The notes below the pieces were generated by a model. That model was not told the origin of the DNA. It did not search any database and worked only from the letters and a program-made list of their open reading frames with translations. A stretch of DNA of 63,326 nucleotides, the filler included, from Euprymna scolopes (lineage: Eukaryota): the NCBI GenBank assembly GCA_053919585.1. It is 3 parts of 3 records of this genome, joined end to end, with 100 filler letters (N's around TTAATTAATTAA, not from the genome) between each part and the next. Parts side by side here need not be neighbours in the genome. Positions count along the whole stretch, not along the records: positions 32,013 to 57,713 come from CM132819.1; positions 57,814 to 63,326 come from CM132790.1; 1 more part is not named here. One strand, 5' to 3'. Below, piece by piece: positions 50,943-63,326 of the stretch (its first letter is position 1; every line of letters begins with the position of its first letter). The translations under genes and the position numbers were made by a program.

Positions 50943-53900
50943 TGATTTGTAGAGTTATATATTTCATTCTCTACATTATAATAAGGACCAATATTTTTAC
51001 TATAGAAATATCGATCGTGTCATTCAAAAGTTATCGCGTGAAAAATTTAAAAAAAATAACAAAAGTAAAAGAAAAACAAAAAAACTGCTGAACAAAATCA
51101 TCTCAAGTACTTACAGGAAGGAAGAAAGCAAATAGTCACTACACCTGTCGCCTGAATTGAATTTGGCAATAAATCGATACGTTATTTCTATAACGGGACA
51201 TTTTCAATCTTTTTTATTTTCTTCTTTAGTCTCGAGTCATTTTTTTTAACTGTCCGGTTCGAGAAGTATTTCATTGCAAGTTTATTGTTAAATGATTACT
51301 GTGAACGCTGGCAAAACATAAATTAATTTCGTTATTTTTTTACGGTGGGTGTACACTTGTAGGGACATATTTTCTAAATATTTCCTTTGGAACTGCGCCA
51401 TTTTTTTTAACTCTAGAGAGAAGCTGGACTAGTATTAACATCTCGGATGAGAATGAACGTGTAAGAGTGTAACACCCAAATGTGGACTTCTTCATTAAAT
51501 GCCATTTTGTGTCATACACATGACCAACTTTATAGATTTAACTTTAACAAAAACGAGTGTAATAGTATTTATTTCTTCGTTCACTGCAATATTAAAAGGC
51601 TCTTTGAAAGCGACGGACAGGAGTATGGTCAGGACTACGATCTCAGCGATAGCCACGATTTTATGGACGCGTATTATTCCGATCACAGCCGTGTGAAATA
51701 AAGAACATTGCACCCACGGCAACGATTTTTACTCTAATAAAATGATGTGTAAGAAAAACTAACCTCACTTACCAAGATAAGTTTTTCTCTAATTTTAAAA
51801 GAAAATGGAAGAAATATCTGCGTCTTAAAATGGTTGATAATTCCAAGCATTTCAAGGCTCATTAATAGAAAAGCATAGCTTATTACATTTCAATCAAAGA
51901 AATGGGTAGTATCGTCGTACATGGGACGGGTATTCATATTAGTATTTGGTTAAAAAAAAACGCATGCAATTATTATAATTACCGTTTTATCGACTCAATT
52001 ATAAATTTATAAATTATTATAAACTTGACCAGTTCGTTCGTCTATGTGTATGTTTGGTTAGTAAAATAGTTACCGCTGTTTTTTTTTTGTTTTTGTTTTA
52101 TTAAATCCGCAAAACAACTTCAATCTCAGTTATATCTTCTATATTCATATAGGTTTATATACACTCACAACAGGCATAGATCCATGGATCGAATAATCAA
52201 AAGGTAAAAGAGAGCAAAATAGATTTGATTATTCTATTTAAGTTAGCCACTACAACTCCGTATTTCTCGCTTTCATTCGTTATCTGCTTTGCTTATAACG
52301 AAATTATCCGGAACCCTTTTCAGGTTGGCGTTCTATACATTAGCCCAAAATAATAATCCAGGGTTCCACAAAACTTTCCCAAGTTCAGAAGGACCCAATA
52401 ATAAACAAATACTTTACATAAATAAAAGCATTAGTTTTTCATTAAATATAAACGCCCTTTCTGCATTAATTTGATTCATAAAAAATATTTTAGTCCAAAC
52501 ACTTAAAAAGTATACATATATATATATATTTAAGCAGAACTTTAATTGGCGTGAAATTAGTAGTTTTCAAGCAACCTAATTATCAAAGCTAATTTCCTCA
52601 TTTTTTCTAATTTAGATTGATAACATCGCTCACAGATTTTATTCCAGAAGAATTAATAACTTCATTACTTTTTGGTTTATATATGCAAATTGTCTGCAAT
52701 TTGTACCCGATGAATAAATTCACAAAAAAAAAAAATAAATAAAAAAATAAAATAAAAAAATAAAATAAAAAAATAAAAAAAATAAACTGACCAAAAACAA
52801 TCATATACTTGAGACATTTTTGTGTTATCTATTACCAATATACCATTAAAGATATTGCATACACTTAGTTAAACAAAAGTCATTTTCTTTCGAATAGCTA
52901 GTAAGACATTCTCAACATTACCAATACGCATTGGAACGGAATAGATATAACATTGAAACTTGTTATAGTGGGTTGCAAAGTACACACGGGTATCCATTAA
53001 ACTAAGGATGAACATCTCGTAAAACTAACAGTAAGCGAAAAGAAATACCTTTAAATGCATTCTCTTACAGTAAATACAAATATTACTATTTTTTTCACCT
53101 AATATCTCGTCCGCACTTCTCATAATCTATATTTTAAGTAGATACAAAATAAACGTCTCGCATATGAAAGGATTCTTTACAAAATTACTCATATTATAGA
53201 AAAGTAAACAAAAATGTGTATGATCTACGTACCCGTGACAATGCGGAAATATTCTAAAAAAAATTACTTAAATTGATAAAATAATATTTTTTAATTAAGT
53301 AAATCAAATTTTATTTGCATCCGAGGAGCAACCCTCTCTCCAGCCATTTTGAAAAAATGGACTAATTTAAAAAAGTTACTTGCCAGTTTTAAATATAGAA
53401 ATTACTTGAGACACCTAGAACATTTCATTTTTAAGCCAGACTCGTGCACCATAACTACTATCGATCAATGGAATTACCAGGTGACTTTAATCCGGCTCTT
53501 AAATAAAAAAAAAAATCCTTTTTTATCTTAGGAGTAACAAGAAATATCAACACGTTTAAGACTGGGCACAAGCGGCCTTGATTTAAGAGAGTCATAAACA
53601 ATAAATCAACTGCAGAAACTGCCTACCGGCATTTCGGGCACTAGCATAAAAATGTCTTTCTAAAACACACTGACAAAAAGAATCCATACAAACGTATCGT
53701 TTAATCGTCGAAACCTAAATGTTGTCGTTAAAAAGTAAAGCAGTAAATTACTAGAGAAAAATACACCTTTACAAATACCTATTAAATCATTTATCTGCAG
53801 CTAATAGGATTTTAGGGAGCAGCTTTATTTTCCTTTATCTCCCAAATGACCAGACATATACACTCATTTTCCAAATAAGTTATTAATTTCATGGAATTGG

Positions 53901-56134
53901 TTTAGAAAAAAAAAATAAAATGTGAACCGTACAATATTATCGAAAACAATATCAATGAAAATTATTATTTTGTTAAATATATATATATGTCATATAAAAC
54001 GTGGCAAAAATCTAACGATGTACACGTTAAAAAAGAATAGAATAAACGACAACAGTTATACGGAAACCAGAAATTCTAAAAATGGAGATATTAGTGAAAA
54101 TTAGTATTTCACCGTGTACTGATTAAGGCTTCTTCGGGAGTCACTCTTATAAATGTAAACCGATATATCGATTTCGCAATAAAATCCATCGTGTTTATGT
54201 TTTGTGTTCTTATAGATGTCTTTATTGATGCATTGATATTTTTAGTTTTGCCGAGACACTTATCGAAAAGAATATGTTTCAGTATAATAGACAATAAGCA
54301 ATCTATTCCATATTGATCGTTTCACTTTCCACTCTTATCTTTCTTTCCTTATCAAGTTTTGATACGATTTGGGGATGTCTATTTTTTTTTTCTAAGCAGA
54401 AATATATTTTTATGGATTAAATTTTATAATTAGATTATTTTGATATAATTGACAAACTTTCATTTTATTTTGTACCGTCTTAGCTTTTTTTCTTTTTTTT
54501 TAAATAAATTCAATATAAATAGCAAATAAACAAAAAAATCACAATCATCCAAAATAAAGTTTAACCGAGTATACGTGTCAAGGGATAAATTTTGGTATAA
54601 TTTTTCAGGTAATAATAATCTAATTCTAAGTATATAACTTATAATCCATATCTTTATTGTAAATCGATTACAATGCTAAAACGAATAGATTTCGGCTAAA
54701 GTATACCGATTAATAATTTATTACCATGGGCTTTGGAATTTACCCTTTCTAAGTAAATAGACACTTGATATCGACAGATACATTGCATATACAAAGGAAA
54801 ATAAGACAAACTACAACTGAATAACAAACAATTTATTATAAACCCTTTTAAAATGATTATATAAAATATCAAAATACTGTTTGAGTGCTGCTCGCTATTA
54901 GTATATAAAAGAGTATTTCAAAACATTGTGTATTATTGAGTTACATAAAATTTAATACTAATATGGGCGTGATGAAAGAAATATCTTTGCGTGTATATAT
55001 ATGTGTGTGTGTAAGTTCAAGTATATTGAATAAATGAGCATATTTTAATTATTTCATATTTTTTTAATAATTCTCATTTGTGCTCAATACACGTATGGAG
55101 CTCTTATAAATTATATAAACATTATAACGCGTAAAACTTATACATACCCACACCTATACTTATACTGATTCCGTAAGTGTATCTTCATTTATGTGCGAAT
55201 TGTTCTCATAATACAACTAGCATATAAATCTTGAGTTCAGACAGTGCAAACAAACGTTCTTGTAAATAGTCCCTGTTAGACCAGTGCAATCACATTATAA
55301 TGGTTGTGAAGCTGCAAGTTACCATGGAAATTGTAAATCCTTGTCTATTTTCTATTTATAGAACACAATACCAAATGCATTTCCTGCCAGGCAATTGAAA
55401 TCTTGAAGCTCTGAAGATGTCGTCAAAGATTGCGACAATGTAAATTGGAGAATGCGTCGAGAACAGCGTTATTGATTTTCGTTGACATATACAAAGATTC
55501 GACGACAGATGCAGAGGACAAAGACACATACCAATGCATAGGTATCGATAGGTAGTGTGATTCTATACATTTAAATTGTGTTGCCATTTCTTGTGTACCT
55601 GTGTGTAGGTTTCCCATCTATGGGCGACTTTTACATTAACTTTTCTTTGTAAACGAAGATTTATTGACATGAAAAATCAACATGAAACATTACGATTTTT
55701 TAAACAAAATCTTGGAAAACATTTAAATTCGAAATTAAAATCACCCGAAATACACTGCATTTTCATCGGAACAAGTCAACCATTTTAATGTTTTATCAAT
55801 AGTAAAACAAAACAAAAAAAAATTCCTATTTGAGAACCTTAGAAAATGGCAAGCAATTTCATAGCATTTACACTTTAACATTCTTAGCAAATGCTCATCT
55901 ATTAAAAGACAAAGAGTTCGACGTCATTTCTATCCAATCATTGTATAAAAGTATTTTTAATTGGAGTTATTACGCAACAATAGTTTATAAATATAGCTAC
56001 GCTTTAGTTTTTCTTTAAATATTTTAGTTTTTATCATTTGGACATCCTTAAATATTGCATTAACAATAAAAAAAAAATCCCTATCAAAATCCCACAATAA
56101 AATCGCGTCTAACTATAACAATTATAATTTTCCC

Positions 56135-56275
56135 TTCTTATCCTGCGTACCTAAAAGTGAACATACTTCTATTGAAAGTTTTTTTTTACTAGAATTACGC
56201 GTCTTTAGAACACAATATAACGAGGCTGCTTCCCAGCTAACTACAACAATTGTTTTCAATTTCAATGTTAAATTC
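56135..56275 (+). mobile_element. CR1/Jockey-group LINE 3' remnant
   Basis: tttactagaattacgcgtctttagaac...ggctgcttcccagctaactacaac..ttcaatgttaa is similar to 20150-20245. Confidence 0.55.
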
Positions 56276-57713
56276 TTAAACAGTCTTAACTAATCAAACA
56301 CTGCCTAATTTTTAATCAGCGTTGTAAATAAACTTATCCTCGAGTGGTCCCTTTGCCATGATAAGTGATAATTTTATTAATAAATGATAACAATGAACTT
56401 CAATATTCATAAATGCATAGAGTTCAAGAACATGCACGCACGAGATGTTTTTTGTTAATACGTAGATTAAAATATTACCATAACATTAATAGCGTTGCTA
56501 CAATTTTCAGCTAATTTCAAGTGGCATTAAACTCATTTCTATATAATATTTAAACCGACATTTAAATTTTAAGAAACATCCAGAGTACTGCTTCATGCAT
56601 CAATTCCGAAGAACTCCATATTTTGTACTTTCCCTTTGCGACATCATAGAGTTAAAGGTACTTAACACATGTTCTAAAAGTCAACGACCACGAGTTATAT
56701 ATAGTTCAGAACAGTGCAGAAGTATTGCGCTTCGTTGAGGCTTTCAGGCAACCTTAGAAGGGATGGTTTCTGTTGCACTATATTTCTACCCTTAAATTCG
56801 AGGACTATTATACCGATTAGAATTTAATAGGAAACAAAGTATAAGAAATTGTGCAATTTTGCATTTACATTAGTTAAGAGAGAATGTAAGAGACTAGGAC
56901 ATTCCCGTGCCCCTCATTTGGGAGGCCAGATTCACATTATAAACGTACGTTGTTTCTGCCTCTGTTAATCCTGAGAGGCATATTATATATATATATATAT
57001 ATATATATAATGCCCTCATCCTAAAATAAAGGTGTAATATATGTTCTATCAGATGATAAACCCCTATAGACTGAGACAACTTTAACTTTTTCTCCAAATC
57101 AAGACCACCTTCCTTAGAAGTTAAATGTTCTCACATTAAAACTAACTTTGTTTAACTTTGCACTAGTGGGGTGTGTGGGGGTATGTAAAAGGCAAATATT
57201 GAAAAGTTCAATAAAATTAAGTTTGGAGATTAAAAAAAATGTTGAATAGATTTGACCGTAGTGTCTATACTACAAAATGGGAAAATTTAATCGATGATTA
57301 AAAAGTTACACATCTGCACAAGAGGCGAGGGCCGATCAAAGTAAGTAACATTTTAATGGGAAAACAACAATCTTTAGATAAATTCTTACAAATATGTGTA
57401 ATTCAGTCAAAATTACATCACGCATTACACACACGCCGAATTAGACCCATGCACGCATTACATCGATTATCTTTGTTACAATATACTCGGATTTTTTTAA
57501 ATTATTAAATATTAAAAACCTTTGAAAATCAAGATGACACCAATCGTATTTATGAAAGTTTATCAAATGTACCGCACTGATATTTAATCCACGATTATCG
57601 CTATTGCCAGGAAATAGATATAAAGTGCCGAGTTAATATTGGTATAAAAATCGGATAGAATATCAACACTTAATTCGGTTTGAGTCAGATATATGATTTA
57701 ATATACTGTTTTG

Positions 57714-57813
57714 NNNNNNNNNNNNNNNNNNNNNNNNNNNNNNNNNNNNNNNNNNNNTTAATTAATTAANNNNNNNNNNNNNNNNNNNNNNNNNNNNNNN
57801 NNNNNNNNNNNNN
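57714..57813. other. artificial contig-joining spacer N44-TTAATTAATTAA-N44
   Basis: Same 100-bp construct as 31913-32012. Confidence 0.93.
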
Positions 57814-58272
57814 TTGAAATAGTATAAAAAGAAATAAAGCTGACAAGAAAAATGGCGCGCAAAAATTCTGAGAAAGCGACTAAGATTTATGAGAAAGATA
57901 TATATTTATGAAGTAATTAGACCCAATATAATAAGCAAATAATAAGTGACGAATTAATTTTATATATTTTATATACAAAATCCTCAAGGTTGCTGATGTT
58001 TCAAATGAAATAGGATAACTCGTTGATTTGAAAGTTGTGCCCAATTCATCAATAAAACTATTATGCTAGAAGGCATTAGCAAAGAGAATGTTAATCTTTA
58101 TTGAGCAATTTCATGAGATAATTGAACATCGAAACTAAATAATCAAGATCTTCATACTGTAGTATCATATTCTATCTCATAGAAAACATCACATAGCATT
58201 TTTTAATGAATGGTTAGTAGTTACTTGTTTCATTTGTACTTGTATTTATTTTTGATTATAATATATTACATA

Positions 58273-58704
58273 CTAGCCTGGCTGTCCAGCGTTGCCCGGG
58301 TGTTTGGAAGTGTGTGTTGAGTAAAAAAAAGTGGTAGTAGGCAGGCAGGCAGGCAGGCTCGAACCCGTGACGCGAAAGTAAAAAAGAAAGTGAAAGAAAA
58401 TCTGGCGTCGTAGCCGATTTCTCCATGATGCGATCAGATGTCAAACGCGTTGAAATTAACGAAGTCAATCCAACGGTGACGATGACTTGCTTCAATGTCG
58501 GCGACAAAAATCGACCACATTCTTGTATAAAACGGCCGAGTTTAGGGTGAAGGAGTCAATGTTTTTGGCAAATTTTTCGATAGTTTTCGTCAATATTGTA
58601 TCGATCTTGTTAATATCTGCCGCCGCGATCGAAAGTTTTTACAAGACATGCAAACATGCATGCATGCATACATTTAAACAGACAGGTGAGATTTATATAA
58701 TAGA
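58273..58704 (-). mobile_element. non-autonomous Helitron-type repeat H1
   Basis: Reverse complement starts a|TCtattatataaatctcacctgtctgtttaaatg and ends cccgggcaacgctggacagccaggCTAG|t. Confidence 0.78.
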
Positions 58705-58780
58705 TTTGTGAAACCTAAGAATTATTTTTTTATAATACATACATCCATAATACCAACACACACACACACTCACACACACA

Positions 58781-58839
<59 letters not shown>

Positions 58840-59410
58840 GCATGTATATATAATATCACTTCTTCTACGTCCCTTATAATATTAACAACAAAATATAAAA
58901 CTCTTCTACGATTGCAAAAAAATGTATTCTTCATGTTTCCATAGAGATTATTTCCAAATATTATTTACCATTTACTTCCTCATATGTAGCCTTTTTATAA
59001 TACTGTTAAAATCCTACTCACAATCACATTGACTCTTATTTCCGAGTAGCATTTGGTGATGGCACATTAGTATAAAAATCTTATATGTACTATGCCTTTT
59101 TTATTAACTACATAGACGTGATGTAGGATTAGACAAATGAATGGAATAATAATTAGTCATCGAGATTCTAACTAAAGGTTGATGTTTTTCAAAACCGAAT
59201 TAATTTATAGAGTCCACATCATTAATGTTCTTGTTCATTCATTAATCCCACACCATCTTTCATCTAAGACAATCTAAGAAAAAATATGCCGTACTGTTTT
59301 GGTGTGTTACTGTGATTAGCACATATAAAACATGTTTTATATATAATATTATTATATATATAATTCAGAAACAAAAACTTGCTGTTTCAATATTTAGAAA
59401 AAATCACCTA

Positions 59411-60320
59411 TGAGGGGCATGCAATAAGTAAGGCCTCTGACCAACTCTCAGTTGTCTGATCTAGCTGAAATTTTGCATCTGCAATGATTTATATATCTAC
59501 GGGTTATGTGGCAAATTACAGCTTTTAACTACTTGTGGTTTCTGTTTTACAGGTGTTTGAACTGAGTCAGGTGTGAAATGGAGCCTGTTGAATGTCGAAC
59601 AATGATCCGTTTTTATATTTGAAAGAATGCACATTGATGAAATGAAAGAACCTTATGGACCCATCATATGACCTTGTTAACGCTGGCATCGTGAATTTAA
59701 ACATGGCCGGAAGTCTGTGGAAACAGCTCCCAGACCTGGTCGCCCCCCTTCCGTCATTGATGAGGCATCTGTCCGTCAAGTTGAGGCTACCATTTTGGAA
59801 GATCAGCGCATTACTATTCCCCAAATAGCCCAAGATGTCAAGATAATTACAGGGTGTGTGGAAACTATGATTCATGACCATAAGGTGTCTGGCAGATTGA
59901 TTCCCAGGTTGCTCACACCATTCCAGAAGCGAGAACGCGTCGAGCGCTTAAGGATGAATTTGGAGATGTGCCAAGAAGATCAGTCAAAGTTTTTCAAAAG
60001 ACTGATTACACAGGATGAAACCTGGGTCCATCTCTATGATCCAAAGACCAAAGCCCAGTCAATGCAGTGGAAGTGGAAACTTGGACTCACCACCTCCAAA
60101 GAAGGCAAGGGTGCAGCCCTCCGCTGGCAAGGTCATGCTCACAGTCTTCTGGGACCAGGACGGAGTAGCGTGACAGATTTCCACAATTACAGGGGCCTAT
60201 TATGCTTCACTTTTGATGAAATTAAGGGAAGCTATCAAAATCAAGAGGCGAGGCATGATCAGCAAAGCTACCCTCCTCCTGCAGGACAACGCTCCAGTCC
60301 ACAACTCGCATGTCGCCAGA
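59411..60320 (+). mobile_element. 3'-truncated mariner (DD34D-type) transposon pseudogene
   Basis: 5' end TA|tgaggggcatgcaataagt; ATG at 59578; PRPGRP, LIPRLLT (WVPxxL-like), ITQDETWVHLYDPKTKAQSMQW, PSAGKVMLTVFWD and LLLQDNAPVH, with frameshifts. The third catalytic D is missing. Confidence 0.93.
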
Positions 60321-60329
60321 TCTTTGTGA

Positions 60330-60825
60330 CATATTTACATTCTATGGAGGTCAGGCGCGACCGAACACTCCATAATTTTATTATACAATATTTCTTCAAA
60401 CTGAAACATAATTATCAAAGTATACTTACGCAAACAGATATGAAAAGTCTTTGTTAAAGTTTGTGCCATGTTTCCATGGAGTACAGACGCGAACGCAGAC
60501 CCCACAATTGTATTATATCACCCCTATTTAAGTTAAAACATACTTTTCAAAGTATTCTTATGTACATCTATATCAAAAACCCTTGCAAACGTCTTTTTTT
60601 CATTTTTTATTTCCATACTTTGGGGGCCAGGCGCAAACGAAGACCCCAAAATTTTTATGAACCACTGTTCTGCCAGATAAAAACATAACCATTCCTGATC
60701 CTCGATACATCTTCTATCATAATATGTAATCAGTTTTTTTAAAATAGTCACCCACATAGGAGCCTATTCATGACCAGACACACACACACACGCACACAGA
60801 CACACGTTCAGCTTTATATTATAAA
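60330..60825 (-). mobile_element. Helitron-like repeat with three ~130-bp subrepeats
   Basis: g(g/a)cgc(g/a)a(c/a)cg.a(c/g)ac.cc...att motif at ~60350, ~60485 and ~60628; (CA)n and ctttatattata at the far end, as in family H2. Confidence 0.45.
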
Positions 60826-61060
60826 CTAGCGGGGGTACCCGGCGATGCCCGGGTGTCTTGAGGTAAATCAAAACTCCGGGAGAGGGGGGGGGTTAAATAA
60901 TAAAAAAAATGTTTTGGTAGGTTAGTATGAGGATCGAACCCGAACCCTTGAGGCAAAGTTGGAAATTAAAGTGCGAAAAAAAAACTAGGCGACGTTAACC
61001 ATTGAGCAACCGCGACATACAACAGAGATACGTTTGAATTTATTCATTTAACTATTAAAA
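60826..61060 (-). mobile_element. Helitron-type 3' end with a tRNA-like segment
   Basis: a|CTAGcgggggtacccggcgatgcccgggtg (same type of end as 25661); minus strand has ggttgctcaatggttaacg...gggttcgatcc A/B-box-like motifs. Confidence 0.55.
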
Positions 61061-61839
61061 ACAGGTGTCCGCAATAAAAGTTAATTCTGCTGCTTCCATT
61101 TGACCTAATTAAGAAGGTCAAATAGAAGTCACGCAGCGTTTGGGTTTGTTTACCACAATTTAACTGTTTTTTCACCCCACAGATGTTGGAGAAGGGGAAA
61201 CCAGCTCCAAATTGTCAAGATTGAATAGCAAATGTCTGATATACAACATTAGTCAAAGCTGATTTCTTCTGAACGTTTCCCGGCGTGATGCCTGGAAGGC
61301 TGTTAACTTGGAATTAGTTTCGCTTTTTATACGAAAAAAACGAATCAACACGTGAGAAGCCAAAATAGCAATAATTTTGTAAAAGTCGACGCAAATAAAT
61401 CTATACGCTACACGCGTTCCCAAATCGTAGATATTATTATATAGGGAGTATATAAACAGTTCTAAGCGATAGTAACGACAACGGGAGCGAGTGCGAAAGA
61501 AGCCTTTGTAGGTGTGTGTATGGGAGGGATAAGTAATAACCCTGAAACGATGTTAAAAAAATCGGAAAAACCAAAACAAAAAAAAACAGCGAAGAAAAAA
61601 ACCGCTGTGTGTATAGGGAGGGGAAAGTAAGCTAAAGAATAAGCGCAGTAAAAAAAAAGAAAGAAACGTTACTCGCGTGTCTAAAGATGTAAAAGAAAAA
61701 AAAGTTTTGGTCGTGAGGCTGGATTCCGGAAGCCTTGACGCGGAGGTGAAACAAACTCCAACCACTTAACCGTTTAGGCTAACAGTAAGAGGAATTGATT
61801 ATAGTGTTAAAATAAGGTCTATCAGTAAAAAAAAATTAA

Positions 61840-62269
61840 CCCTCACACAAGCTAAACTATGAATGTGAGTGAAAGAGGTTTGATTGGCAGATAGCCACTA
61901 AATGAGGTCATCGCGGGAGCGTTACGAGATGACGTAGCAAAATTACGTATTTCGTTTCCTGTCTAGACATCTCTCTCTATCTGTCTCTCTCTCTTTCTCT
62001 CTCTCTCTCTATTTGCGTTTGTGTATGTCTCTCTCTCTCACTTCGTCTTCCTTACTCTAAAGAGTGTTACTAAAAAAGAAAATGGCGTCTGGCTGTTTTT
62101 TTTTTGTAAAAACTTCGATCATTAATATTTTTTGTAAGCGTATTTTTGTTACTTCACATTTTTGCTTGTTATTTTTCATTTAACTATCGTATTTAACTAT
62201 TTTTAACGTGCTAATAACTTTGGTAAGGTTGTCATAGCGTAGAAGTTCATAGTTTAGCTTGTGTGAGGG
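61840..62269. mobile_element. piggyBac-type MITE (430 bp)
   Basis: Perfect 24-bp TIRs CCCTCACACAAGCTAAACTATGAA and TTAA target duplication at 61836-61839 and 62270-62273. Confidence 0.9.
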
Positions 62270-62479
62270 TTAAGTTTTTTATCGATAACAACAATGTTTT
62301 TTAAATTCAGACTGCCATTCCAGCTTGCTGACGTCAAGATCACGTGACATGACTCAGCGGGTTTTAAATACAAGTTGCCCCAAAATAAACGGCCCCTTGT
62401 ATACTTTATGTAGAAGAGTTGGCGCCCGTATTTTGGGGGGGCAGTTATAAATCGATTTAAAAATATGTAATGTTTAACA

Positions 62480-62690
62480 TTAAAATGTCACTTTTTTGCC
62501 CCCCCCCCTGCAGAAAATAGATCAGTTGCGACACTTCTGATGGTCCTTATGGACCAATTTTTCGATATGTGTCGTCCGGAGGGTGGTGCTTTCATATGAT
62601 ACCAAGTTTGTGAATTTTTGTTCCGTCGGTCAAAAGTTTTTAGCAGACACACAGACATACATACATACAATTTCGCTTATATATATATAG
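62480..62690 (-). mobile_element. diverged H1-related Helitron-type 5' fragment
   Basis: Reverse complement has (atgt)n, ctaaaaacttttgac, cggacgacacatatcgaaaaattgg, as in H1. Confidence 0.6.
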
Positions 62691-62774
62691 ATGAATGGAA
62701 ATGTATAAAAAAGAATACGAAAAGTATAAAAGCTTATAATTTTCTTTATTCGTTTTCAATTGGTGACGTAGAGG

Positions 62775-62900
62775 AATACAAAATAATATTATGAAAAAGA
62801 AATTGACCTCTGCGGTCTCTACCAAATTACTCAGAGAATTTCTGGTCCAAACATTTGAAATTTGACAGAAAGGGTATTCAGAGATAGGGCAAGCTTTTTT
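62775..62900 (+). mobile_element. H2 internal subrepeat fragment
   Basis: Reverse complement of the 21240-21350 type unit (aagcttgccctat...aaatttcaaatgttt.gacc...ggtagagaccgcagagg). Confidence 0.7.
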
Positions 62901-62904
62901 ATTT

Positions 62905-62967
62905 GCGCATAAGCCTGAGGAGTCCTAGAGTGGATGAAACGCGGAATATTCAGTGTAGCTTAATCGC
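62905..62967 (+). ncRNA. type I hammerhead ribozyme with intact core (family D)
   Basis: gcg-ca-taagc-CTGAGGA-gtcc(tagagt)ggat-GAAA-cgcggaatattcagt-GTA-gctta-at-cgc. It has a perfect 5-bp stem I plus extension, a 4-bp stem II, a near-palindromic stem III and a GUA cleavage triplet; a short TA run follows. Confidence 0.88.
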
Positions 62968-63088
62968 CATATATATTTTATAAATTACTAACTAGCTCTA
63001 CCTACGTATTGAGCACTTTTGAAGTAAATACTTAAAGTTTACGCATAAATCTATACTTTCGTGTATTAATTTATGTGAGTAAATTAAG

Positions 63089-63135
<47 letters not shown>

Positions 63136-63326
63136 CAATGAAAATGATTAATTCATAAACTAACGAACGACTTATCATAAATTATATACTATCTAATAAG
63201 GTGAGTACCATGAGGCTATACTGATTTTTTTAATAAGTTTCACCATTTACGGGGTGTGCCTACCTCATATACCTCACCAAGATTTTAAAAATAGTACAGC
63301 AGAAAGCAATAAAACAAGAATTTTTT

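Noticed and set aside
55409-55445. CTGAAGA followed by hairpin tgtcg...cgaca as a hammerhead
   Set aside because: No GAAA after the stem and no stem I or III.
12715-58944. Many short ORFs with YIYI, CVCV, HTHT or ERER runs
   Set aside because: Translations of dinucleotide microsatellites.
59717-60457. 246-aa ORF as a functional transposase or SETMAR gene
   Set aside because: It goes out of frame after MQWK, the N-terminus is frameshifted, the C-terminal catalytic region is missing and there is no SET domain.

Overview
AT-rich, microsatellite-dense animal (invertebrate-like) nuclear DNA, not prokaryotic. It consists of three assembly pieces (1-31912, 32013-57713, 57814-63326) joined by artificial N44-TTAATTAATTAA-N44 spacers. 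I cannot support any intact host protein-coding gene. The window is mostly decayed mobile DNA: CR1/Jockey-group LINE pieces (APE and RT), a Ty3/gypsy gag fragment, an R4/Dong-like N-terminus, an RTE-like 5' end, maT (DD37D) and mariner transposase relics, MITEs (Tc1/mariner, hAT, piggyBac, pogo-like), non-autonomous Helitron-type repeats, 5S- and tRNA-derived SINEs, and two large minisatellites. The most striking signal is non-coding. At least four sequence-distinct families of type-I hammerhead ribozyme motifs occur (8 copies of varying integrity). They have (near-)palindromic stem III and lie in or near (TA)n tracts. One family is fused downstream of a tRNA(Asp)-like Pol III head (a SINE-hammerhead/retrozyme-like element), and one sits in a Penelope-like repeat that also forms a ~200-bp inverted repeat. 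All family assignments are by-eye motif recognition; no database search was run.
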